Origin: Clostridia bacterium
GTDB taxonomy: Bacteria; Bacillota; Clostridia; Oscillospirales; CAG-272
NCBI GenBank assembly: GCA_017504205.1
Contig: JAFVRO010000014.1
Coordinates: forward strand, 29,133-93,132
DNA length: 64,000 bases
Reading direction: 5' to 3'
Part shown: positions 56,271-64,000 of the stretch, one piece after another
How the letters are laid out: each line of letters starts with the position of its first letter
Numbering within the stretch: the first letter of the stretch is position 1
Notes under the pieces: model-generated
Seen by the model: only the letters and a program-made list of their open reading frames with translations
Database searches by the model: none
What the model was told of the DNA's origin: nothing
Translations under genes and position numbers: made by a program

Positions 56271-57098
56271 TTACAAGATAAAAAATATTATTATCACCAA
56301 TGCAAGCACAATACGATATATGCCAAACACGGTAAGCTTACGTGTTCTTACGAAATCCATAAGGAAGTGTATGGTTATCAATGAAACTGCGAATGCAGTT
56401 ATTGCGCTCACTGTCAAGGCTATAATCTGCTCCGCAGTCAAAGCTATTCCGCATTTTTGAATAAAGCGCGTCGCCTTAAGCAGAGACGCGCCTATCATTG
56501 TTGGAATAGCAAGAAAAAATGAAAACTCTGCGGATGTACTACGATCAAGTCCAAGCAACAAGCCACCAAGGATTGTTGAGCCTGAGCGTGAGGTACCCGG
56601 AATGCAGGAAAGGGCTTGAAAAAAACCGATTGCGGCAGCATGGGGTACAGTAATCTCTGAACTTTGCTTGAGTTGCCTTCTCTTCTCCACGAAGATAAAC
56701 GCACTGCCGTAGATAATCAGGGTTATTGCGACAGTGGAAACGTTCATAAGGTGTGCCGAAATAAATTCATCAAGTTTCAGTGCGATTATCACGAGTGGTA
56801 TTTCTGCAACAGCGACCTTGAGCCAAAGAAAGAGGGTGTTCTTTTTTTCTTCCAATGACTTCTTCCTTGAGAATGGATTCAGTTTATAAAAGAAAGTTAC
56901 TGCAACGGCGAGAATTGATCCGAGTTGTATAAAAACAAAAAACAGTTCCTTGAATGCCTCAGTTTCTCCCGGCAGTGGAAAACCCAACAACGCATCCATG
57001 AGCAGCATATGGCCCGTTGAGCTGATTGGTAGCCATTCGGTTATCCCTTGGACGATGCCATAGAGGATAGATATCAGTATTATTTTTAAAATTTGCAT
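56271..57098 (-). CDS. uppP: Undecaprenyl-diphosphate phosphatase
   Basis: GIVQGITEWLPISSTGH, IQLG, PGTSRSGSTI, EFSFFLAIP. Confidence 0.95.
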   Translation of the reverse strand: MQILKIILISILYGIVQGITEWLPISSTGHMLLMDALLGFPLPGETEAFKELFFVFIQLGSILAVAVTFFYKLNPFSRKKSLEEKKNTLFLWLKVAVAEIPLVIIALKLDEFISAHLMNVSTVAITLIIYGSAFIFVEKRRQLKQSSEITVPHAAAIGFFQALSCIPGTSRSGSTILGGLLLGLDRSTSAEFSFFLAIPTMIGASLLKATRFIQKCGIALTAEQIIALTVSAITAFAVSLITIHFLMDFVRTRKLTVFGIYRIVLALVIIIFFIL

Positions 57099-57252
57099 AT
57101 TATGTAAAGCAGGCAGCAGGACTTTAGCGTATTGCTAATAGTGAACACTAATATACTTCAGTGTTTTTTACCGTCCGGTCTTTATCAATGGACTATTTAT
57201 AATATAATACTGAATTGCAGAAAAAATTCGTATCGGCAGATATTTTTTGTTT

Positions 57253-58335
57253 TTAACCTACGATGTACTCAAGTCTTTCAAGCAGAGATATGAAATCCGC
57301 ATCCTCGATGAGGAAGGCATAGCGCTTATGTCCGAGCTTATAGAGCAACTCTTCAGCAAGATAATACACGTCGGTTGTTTCGGTTTTATCGATAGTATCG
57401 AATACTCCGTACTCACGCCTGATCAATGACGGTGATACGGTTGGTGTATCGAGCAATTTTTCAAGTATTGTAACGCTTGCGTCGAGTTCCTTGATAGTAT
57501 TCGCGGTATCACCAAGCTCGGCATATATTACAGAAGCATAGCGATGAACGTCGCACATAAGCTCCGTACCTCTATCTGCCTCATTTTCAAGCAGTGCACC
57601 GTATATTCCGACTATTTTATTGAGTAATACTATTTTTTCCTCGGCGGAATATGCATCGCAAAATGCCAATGCGCGAAGTCTCTGGCAGAGTGCATCAGTA
57701 TAGGTTATTATATTATCCTTTATAAGGTCAATCTTTTCGTTATCTCGGCACAGAGCGATCCTGATCTTATCAGCAGTGATACATGACGAGGGGAAGCGAT
57801 TCACCACTGCAAGAGCTTTATCGGTCTCGCCGCGGGATGAGTATATCGCGCTGAGTATCTCGATGGTTGAGTATCTGTAATTATCCACGGTGCAATTATC
57901 AAGTATCTCCTCGCAGAGCTTCACTGCTTCGTCGAGGAAAGTGGGTTCAAGCTCGGCATGATATGCGGCGTAGGTGGTATAGAGTTTTTGGACAAGCTCG
58001 GACTTCATCAACCAATTATTTGGATATTTTGCCACGCCGTTTCTAAGAAGTGAGAGACTTTTTTCGTTTTTATCCTGTGCGCTCTCAAGGTCGGCTGACT
58101 TCTGTATTATAATCTCTATTGCGGCATTCACATCAGTGTTATCGAGTCCGAAAAGGAGATCTGTGGTTACCTCGAAAAGATTTGCTATGATGGGAATCAG
58201 ATGCAGGTCGGGCATTGCAAGCCCATTTTCCCAACGCGAAACTGCCTGCGGAGAGATATTGAGGTAATCTGCAAGCTTTTCCTGGGTCATGTTTTGCTCT
58301 CTTCTGAGACGCTTAATTGTTTTTCCAATATTCAT
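57253..58335 (-). CDS. XRE HTH regulator with TPR-like C-terminus
   Basis: IGKTIKRLR...MTQEKLA..L.ISPQAVSRWENG..MPD; helical remainder. Confidence 0.88.
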   Translation of the reverse strand: MNIGKTIKRLRREQNMTQEKLADYLNISPQAVSRWENGLAMPDLHLIPIIANLFEVTTDLLFGLDNTDVNAAIEIIIQKSADLESAQDKNEKSLSLLRNGVAKYPNNWLMKSELVQKLYTTYAAYHAELEPTFLDEAVKLCEEILDNCTVDNYRYSTIEILSAIYSSRGETDKALAVVNRFPSSCITADKIRIALCRDNEKIDLIKDNIITYTDALCQRLRALAFCDAYSAEEKIVLLNKIVGIYGALLENEADRGTELMCDVHRYASVIYAELGDTANTIKELDASVTILEKLLDTPTVSPSLIRREYGVFDTIDKTETTDVYYLAEELLYKLGHKRYAFLIEDADFISLLERLEYIVG

Positions 58336-58376
58336 TTTTGACCTCCGTTAAAACTGTAATTAGCGGTTGGTATCGG

Positions 58377-61300
58377 TTATGTGTCTTTGTTGGTATCGTT
58401 TTTGGGCGCGCGAGGAAGCTTTTCCATACGGGCACTTGGAAGTGTAGTTCTTTCCCTCTTTTCCTTGCCCGTTTTTTTGAAAAACGGTGCGCGTTTGGGT
58501 GACTCTTGGGAAGGAGCAGAAGTAGGTGTCGATGTCATTCGCTCCGGCCTAACACTTGTGGGCGATTCGGGGACTTCGTCATTTAGCTTTTGTGGCTCCG
58601 TCGAAGTCGTTGAGGTCACTTGATTCTGTGGTACATCGCCGGAAGTTTCGGCATCATTTTTAATCGGTTCTGATGCTGTAGAAGCTTCCTGAGATTCGGT
58701 GATCTCTGAAGATTTTGCAACATTACGGGGGGTATCAATAGGTTTTACTTCGGGAGCTTCCGCTTTTGGCACATCCTTTTGAGAATCAGGCTCTTGGGGT
58801 GTTTTTTTGGCGAATATTGAAAATATGCTCCTCTTTTTTCCAAGTATATCGGGCGCTACTGCTTCCATTAGTGTATAAAGTTGTGGAAATCCTTCAGTGA
58901 TCTGCATAGCGCATTTTTTAACCAGTTTACGGCTCTTAGGTGCGTTTTCCTTTACAAAGGACTCAAAGAAGCGAAGAGTCAGTGATGATTCACCGCTTTT
59001 GTAGAGCAAATTCACGAGGGAGGCGTTGACGTCGAGCGTTTTACACATTTTGCAGAAATCGACAGCTGCCTTGAAGGTAAGCTCGGCAAGCATTACGTTG
59101 TCTACCTTGATCTCATTAGCCGGAACCGTCTTATTCTTCTTTCTGAGTTCTGCCTGCTTATTTGCGACGTAGAGTGTACGCAGCTTTGCCATACACTTTC
59201 CATAGACTTCACCAAAGGATTGATTATTGGATGAGTCCAGAATGAATGGGATAGCTAATGCGGTGTAATACTCAAGCGCGATCTCAGGGGTTATGGGCTT
59301 TAAAAATTTAGCGTCCTCGGAATAAAGCTTACCGAAATAATACTCAAGTAATTCAGCGGCATCAAGTGTCATACAAGGTGATTTTGCCAAGCTTATCAGC
59401 TGCTTTACTGCGCCCTGAACGTTATGGTTTCTCATTTGTTTATACAAATTATCCGCCATAACGATCGTGGGGAATTCTTGAGCTGACGCATAGTCTGCGT
59501 TCGAGGTTATATATTCGGTAACGTACGGCAGGCAATCCTCACGAATCTGATATTTGAATGTCTCGGCGAGTTTTGAGGTTATGATAGGCTTAATTGCGGT
59601 CTGATAAAGTTCTGAATACAACTTACTTGCAAGAGGCGAGTTGATTTGTGTTAATGCAGAGCGCATCTCTTGGTCAAGAGCGATAAAATCAAACAGATTA
59701 CGCTTTTTGCGGTTAGCCTCTACAAGTTTAAAGAGACCGTTTTCAAGTGCAGATATGACCTCATCGGGCATTTCCGCGTAATTGCCGCACAAAACAGCGA
59801 TGGAATCAACCACTCCGTCAAGGCTTTTACCGAGTAACATATTACCGAGGAAGTATTCAAACACCTTGACGTTTTTAAGGTCAATAATTATTACTGCAAG
59901 CAGTTGTGCAGACATTGGGCGCAGGTTATACGGATCGCTGAAGATGAGATCTATAAGTTTTCTGTCTCCTGAGGCAAATGTTTTTTCGATACGGAGGAAG
60001 ATGCTTCTGACTATGGATCTCTGCACCTTTGGTTCTTCGTCGGTTATATGTTCTTCGAAGAAATTTATAATTTTCTGTGAGAGCTTATCTGCCTCGGGAA
60101 GCTCCTCAAGCATAGCCCCTCTGACTATTGAGCGAAGGCCTGCGGGAAGCCCTGCGTAGTGGTTATTGAGGAAGGTGATGATCTGATCCTGTATCTGCTC
60201 ACTTCTTATGGAGGCCATAAGCTTTTTGATGATATTTTCTTTTACATCGTCATCTTCGTTCTCGAAGTCTTCGTCGAAAAAGTTAAGTAGCTGAGATTGG
60301 AGAAACTGACCGTAGAAAACGCGGGTAAGGTTTTCCATAATCACGAGCTTTGCTTCTTTGGTTTCGGTTATATAATTTTTGCGTATGAACTGAAATAGCT
60401 TTTCGCGCATAATGTCGGTATGGATAAGTGTAAGAACGGGCTCCATCATTACCGCGCGGCATTCTTTTGTATCCGAGGGATAAAGCTTTTGAAGTTTTCC
60501 AAATACGTTGGGTGGGATAGCTCTCTTTTCGGATGAATATCTTGAGAGCGCAGCAAGCACGCAACATCTTTCGTCGGTTGCAAGGTATTGCTTAAATCTC
60601 TCATATGCGCATAGCAGGTTATAAATTGCGTCATCATTTGGAAGCACACCTGCGTCGTTATCTTCGGCATTTGTAATTTTATTGAAAAGCAGAATGATAC
60701 TGCTCATATTTTCAAACTTATAATCTTGAGTTTTTGGCATCATGCGGCAAGCAAATTCGATAAAATTCGTGCGTTTTTGAGCATTCTCAAGCAAACTGTA
60801 AAGAAATTCAACGTCATGTTTATACTTTTTATATGTTGAATCCTCTTCCTTCACACCTATAACGGTATTATTCTTAAAATTGAATATGAAAGCGTTACTT
60901 TTATTGATCAGGGGGAGTTGTTGGTCAATACCGTATACGAATTTCACATTAAAGAAGGTCATATTCGATTTACGCACAGATGCTGAAAATGAAATTATTG
61001 AAACCCTTCTTCTGATATGATGAGGAAATACGGAGAGTATTTTATTAAGGAGTTCGATGGACTTTTGGGAGTATGATTCGATACTTGCATCAATATCTAT
61101 ATATATTGATTTTGAGCCCTTACCTGAAGTTGTTACAAGGAGGGCGTAAATCAGACCATGGAGCAGACGTGAGTCATATTCTTCAGTCAATGTGCTTACG
61201 TCGCCGACGGACTCCGGAATATAATTAAGTTGGGGATAATCGACGGATGGTGCATCGCTATTAACTGAAATGTGGGTGACGTCATCAAAGCCACAGGCGA

Positions 61301-61685
61301 AATTGGATGGAGAAAAAAGTGAAAAATCGGATGAGGTGATAAGGGATTCTGTCTCCTCTTCGGAGAGGACGAGTGAATGCGCAAAATGGCCGTGCGCCTC
61401 GCCAGTAAAATCCTCGGACAAAAAGCTCACGCAGGACTGTATAAGCTCGCCTGTCTTTTTTGAAAAGTAAGACATATACACCGGTGGCATTCTATCATCC
61501 AGAATCAACTGCTTTTCTGCGTCGGTATATTTATAATTTTTGTTATATTCGCAAAGCTTAAGGATATTTTCTTTAATGTACAGTTCATTGATGCCGCTAC
61601 TTACCGCGAAGGTGTCATAGCTCAATTCCTTTTTATACAAGCTCAGCTTTGCGGGGACCTTTGCATACAGATGTTGTTTTGCCAT
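58377..61685 (-). CDS. Large protein with GAP1-N2/GAP1-M-like N-terminus, helical-repeat body and disordered C-tail
   Basis: QHLY...YDT.A.S.GI...IKE....LC.Y...GE......DFTG....FAHS, then ..IYI.ID.....LL..I...FP..IRR..S.ISF. Start moved to ATG 61685 (AAAGGA RBS). Confidence 0.65.
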   Translation of the reverse strand: MAKQHLYAKVPAKLSLYKKELSYDTFAVSSGINELYIKENILKLCEYNKNYKYTDAEKQLILDDRMPPVYMSYFSKKTGELIQSCVSFLSEDFTGEAHGHFAHSLVLSEEETESLITSSDFSLFSPSNFACGFDDVTHISVNSDAPSVDYPQLNYIPESVGDVSTLTEEYDSRLLHGLIYALLVTTSGKGSKSIYIDIDASIESYSQKSIELLNKILSVFPHHIRRRVSIISFSASVRKSNMTFFNVKFVYGIDQQLPLINKSNAFIFNFKNNTVIGVKEEDSTYKKYKHDVEFLYSLLENAQKRTNFIEFACRMMPKTQDYKFENMSSIILLFNKITNAEDNDAGVLPNDDAIYNLLCAYERFKQYLATDERCCVLAALSRYSSEKRAIPPNVFGKLQKLYPSDTKECRAVMMEPVLTLIHTDIMREKLFQFIRKNYITETKEAKLVIMENLTRVFYGQFLQSQLLNFFDEDFENEDDDVKENIIKKLMASIRSEQIQDQIITFLNNHYAGLPAGLRSIVRGAMLEELPEADKLSQKIINFFEEHITDEEPKVQRSIVRSIFLRIEKTFASGDRKLIDLIFSDPYNLRPMSAQLLAVIIIDLKNVKVFEYFLGNMLLGKSLDGVVDSIAVLCGNYAEMPDEVISALENGLFKLVEANRKKRNLFDFIALDQEMRSALTQINSPLASKLYSELYQTAIKPIITSKLAETFKYQIREDCLPYVTEYITSNADYASAQEFPTIVMADNLYKQMRNHNVQGAVKQLISLAKSPCMTLDAAELLEYYFGKLYSEDAKFLKPITPEIALEYYTALAIPFILDSSNNQSFGEVYGKCMAKLRTLYVANKQAELRKKNKTVPANEIKVDNVMLAELTFKAAVDFCKMCKTLDVNASLVNLLYKSGESSLTLRFFESFVKENAPKSRKLVKKCAMQITEGFPQLYTLMEAVAPDILGKKRSIFSIFAKKTPQEPDSQKDVPKAEAPEVKPIDTPRNVAKSSEITESQEASTASEPIKNDAETSGDVPQNQVTSTTSTEPQKLNDEVPESPTSVRPERMTSTPTSAPSQESPKRAPFFKKTGKEKRERTTLPSARMEKLPRAPKNDTNKDT

Positions 61686-61777
61686 TTTTGTTTTCCTTTT
61701 CAATATTATCAAATCATCCGAATGATTCAGACGGATTGTCAACCATTCGGATGATTCTTTTAGGGTATAGGATCTGA

Positions 61778-63007
61778 TTATTTAATAATCGCTCCGATGA
61801 TCATATCAAGAATGGGATAGAAGGTAATGAGTGAGAGCAGGAATACGATAATTTTTCCTGCAATCTTACCACCGAACTTATTGGATCTGGAGATGCTCTT
61901 TTTATCGAAGCTTTCAATAGCATCTGCCAATGCATCGATATCACCGAGGGAGTCGCTGCCTGCATCCATATTGGTGATATTATTCATGAAGTAAGAAAGA
62001 TGCTCAAAATCAGTTTCATAGAAGGTTTCAACATCTTCAAAGCCTTCAATGCTGAAGCATGCTTCAGGGAGAGACTGTGTAGGCTCAAGCTGAGAGGCAC
62101 TGCTATTAGCATAGAGAAGCACCTTAGTCATATTATCGCAGAAGCTTTCAACGATCTTATCGCCGTTTGCTTCAATGATATCAAGGTTATTTTCCAGTGT
62201 CTGGCAGTTTGCAAGTATCTTTTTGATACCTGAAATGAGCTTGATCTCTTTTACGATCTTACCTATGCTTATAAATGAGACCAGAAGTCCGACAATTATA
62301 CCGATAGCGTTAGGAACGTATCTGAGGAGGAGGGGGAGATCACCCAAAGAGGATATGAGCGACGCGAGTCTGTTATCGGTAAAGAAGGTTACTAAACCGA
62401 TAATGGAAAGTATGAAGGTAATTCCCCAGAGTATGATATAGGTAACGAGTTTGGGCATGCACCTGCTAACGCTATCTGTATCAACATTGAGTTCGTCCTT
62501 CTTTTCCTGAACGCGCTCACGGATAGCATTGACGTTGGACTGCTGCATTTTGAAGTTATGGCAGATCTTAGCCTTCTGCTGTGCGAGATACTCCTCGAAC
62601 AGTTCAGCTATTCTCTTTTCCTCATCGTATTCGTCCTCAAAGAAATCTACGATAAATCCGATTGGAACGTATTTATCCTTAGTATTCGGGAACTTGAGGA
62701 AAACATATCTCATATTTGCGGTACTGACCCTAATGCTTACATTTTTACCGCCCATGAGCATCTTTTCAAGCCAATCTATGTTCATGCACTGATAGATGCG
62801 CTCATACTGATCGCTATCTATATGGTTGGATGAGAAGATGGTTTCGATATCCTTTTTGCAACGCTCTGCCTCGGGCGTGCTGATATTCATCATAATGTTC
62901 TTAAAATCGACTATATGATCCTTAACCCATTCCATGGCTTGTTCCATGATATAGTTGGTGGATCTACGGTCTGTTTTCCATTGACATTCAAACATAATGT
63001 TATTCAC
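61778..63007 (-). CDS. Hypothetical membrane protein (3 TM, coiled-coil segments)
   Basis: 409-aa ORF with AAAGG RBS, two central TMs and one C-terminal TM. Confidence 0.75.
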   Translation of the reverse strand: MNNIMFECQWKTDRRSTNYIMEQAMEWVKDHIVDFKNIMMNISTPEAERCKKDIETIFSSNHIDSDQYERIYQCMNIDWLEKMLMGGKNVSIRVSTANMRYVFLKFPNTKDKYVPIGFIVDFFEDEYDEEKRIAELFEEYLAQQKAKICHNFKMQQSNVNAIRERVQEKKDELNVDTDSVSRCMPKLVTYIILWGITFILSIIGLVTFFTDNRLASLISSLGDLPLLLRYVPNAIGIIVGLLVSFISIGKIVKEIKLISGIKKILANCQTLENNLDIIEANGDKIVESFCDNMTKVLLYANSSASQLEPTQSLPEACFSIEGFEDVETFYETDFEHLSYFMNNITNMDAGSDSLGDIDALADAIESFDKKSISRSNKFGGKIAGKIIVFLLSLITFYPILDMIIGAIIK

Positions 63008-63061
63008 CTTTCTGTTAACCTTTTAACGCGTATCAAAGACACTTTAAATCAAGGTTATAGT

Positions 63062-64000
63062 TTATTTTTTAGAGTTCTTGAGTTTAGCAAACCTTTGGCA
63101 CGCATAGCTTTCGTCCTTACACTGACGGCGCTTAAGCTCCAGTGCGCTGATCGCTTTCGAATGGATGCAGCTTGTATCACCGAGTACCAGGTCGATCACG
63201 TTCAAAACAACGAATACATCGGAGCAATCAGCGGTATTACCTTCAAGGATTGAGATAATATTATCGGCTATTGCCTCGAGTGTTGGCTTTATACCCACGG
63301 CGAGCGGGATATAGAGGCTTCCATTATTATAAAGATCATTCTGCGCTTTAAAGAGCTCAACAAGAATATTATAAGTCTTGGCAGGCTTTTGGTCAATTTC
63401 GATGTATGAAACGGACGATTTAATGATTCTGAGAAGAGCATTCCGGTATGCAGAATTTACGTTTACGTTATTTGCGGCAAGAGGTGCGGTATGCATTGCT
63501 CTATAATACTCGTTATAAATTTCAAGGGCGTCGATCACATTTTCGCAGTTATAACTGAGCTTTTTGAGGGTATCAAGAGTTACAATTTCACTGTCGCCGC
63601 CGGAATGGCTACCGATCCACTCATCGAGTGCTTCAAGAGATACAGGATAACCGTTCAAGCACTCAACACCGTCCTCTGCCCAAAGGGTCATGAGTCTCTG
63701 AAGGAGCTGAACGATGGTCTGTTGTCTTGTGGCGAGCTTCTGAACAACCTCGTAATTGAATACGGTTTCATTTGCGATCACGAGATCGCTTGGAATATTT
63801 ACGTCGCGGAAGCCTGCGAAAAGGTTAGTCCACAGATATTCGGAAACGCTATCAAGCTGTGAGTAATAATCCGCTTTCATTTGCTCGAACTGAGCTTGAA
63901 TGGTTGCGTTAAGCTCGGCAGCCTCTTGATTTCTTTGGGCTTCGTTCTCTTGATTCTCGCGCTCCATGCGAGCCTGGCTCTCGGTGGTGATCCTTGTTCT
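63062..64000 (-). CDS. Hypothetical alpha-helical/coiled-coil protein, 5'-truncated by the window edge
   Basis: The frame stays open from 63967 to the window end (RTRITTESQAR-M...). Confidence 0.75.
   Translation of the reverse strand, partial: RTRITTESQARMERENQENEAQRNQEAAELNATIQAQFEQMKADYYSQLDSVSEYLWTNLFAGFRDVNIPSDLVIANETVFNYEVVQKLATRQQTIVQLLQRLMTLWAEDGVECLNGYPVSLEALDEWIGSHSGGDSEIVTLDTLKKLSYNCENVIDALEIYNEYYRAMHTAPLAANNVNVNSAYRNALLRIIKSSVSYIEIDQKPAKTYNILVELFKAQNDLYNNGSLYIPLAVGIKPTLEAIADNIISILEGNTADCSDVFVVLNVIDLVLGDTSCIHSKAISALELKRRQCKDESYACQRFAKLKNSKK

Noticed and set aside
57099-57252. Signalling-peptide ORF next to the XRE-TPR regulator
   Set aside because: No short ORF with an RBS and signal-like sequence was found here or at 27631-27919.
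61686-61742. Extra 19 N-terminal codons of the 1121-aa ORF
   Set aside because: They run through the intergenic hairpin; the RBS supports ATG 61685.
208-63862. Many 60-180 aa antisense or alternate-frame ORFs (e.g. 16904-17428, 28250-28750, 29675-30226, 31436-31981, 35693-36514, 54629-55159)
   Set aside because: They overlap well-supported genes, lack recognisable motifs, and are expected shadows of codon bias.

Overview
This window looks like chromosomal DNA from a spore-forming Clostridia-class Firmicute, judged from near-consensus sigmaA promoters, AGGAGG ribosome-binding sites (RBS), a GerA/SpoVAF gene and clostridial gene order. About 57 CDSs are present, mostly housekeeping: yceD-rpmF, nusB-xseAB-ispA-tlyA-nadK-argR-recN-argS-yebC, csoR-copA, PBP1A, nagB, murD, a lone type IIA topoisomerase B subunit, coaX-panT, htpG, pgm, uppP and rnmV. 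I saw no rRNA, tRNA, CRISPR array or intact transposase. Best leads: (1) the distal end of an operon running off the right edge, whose last large gene resembles GAP1-N2/GAP1-M proteins of GTPase/tubulin-associated conflict systems; (2) an AraC / GH38 / ROK kinase / GmhA-type isomerase unit that could be an undescribed heptose catabolic pathway; (3) an exported trigger-factor paralog lacking the ribosome-binding domain; (4) a pan-motif-like RNA hairpin abutting the panT RBS; (5) two intact but apparently inactive enzyme homologs (AraD-like, NUDIX-like); (6) a GNAT-cyclase fusion, a Cys/His tandem insert in the HtpG linker, and a recurring GGGCTGTCTCA palindrome. All family calls come from motif recognition by eye, not database searches.
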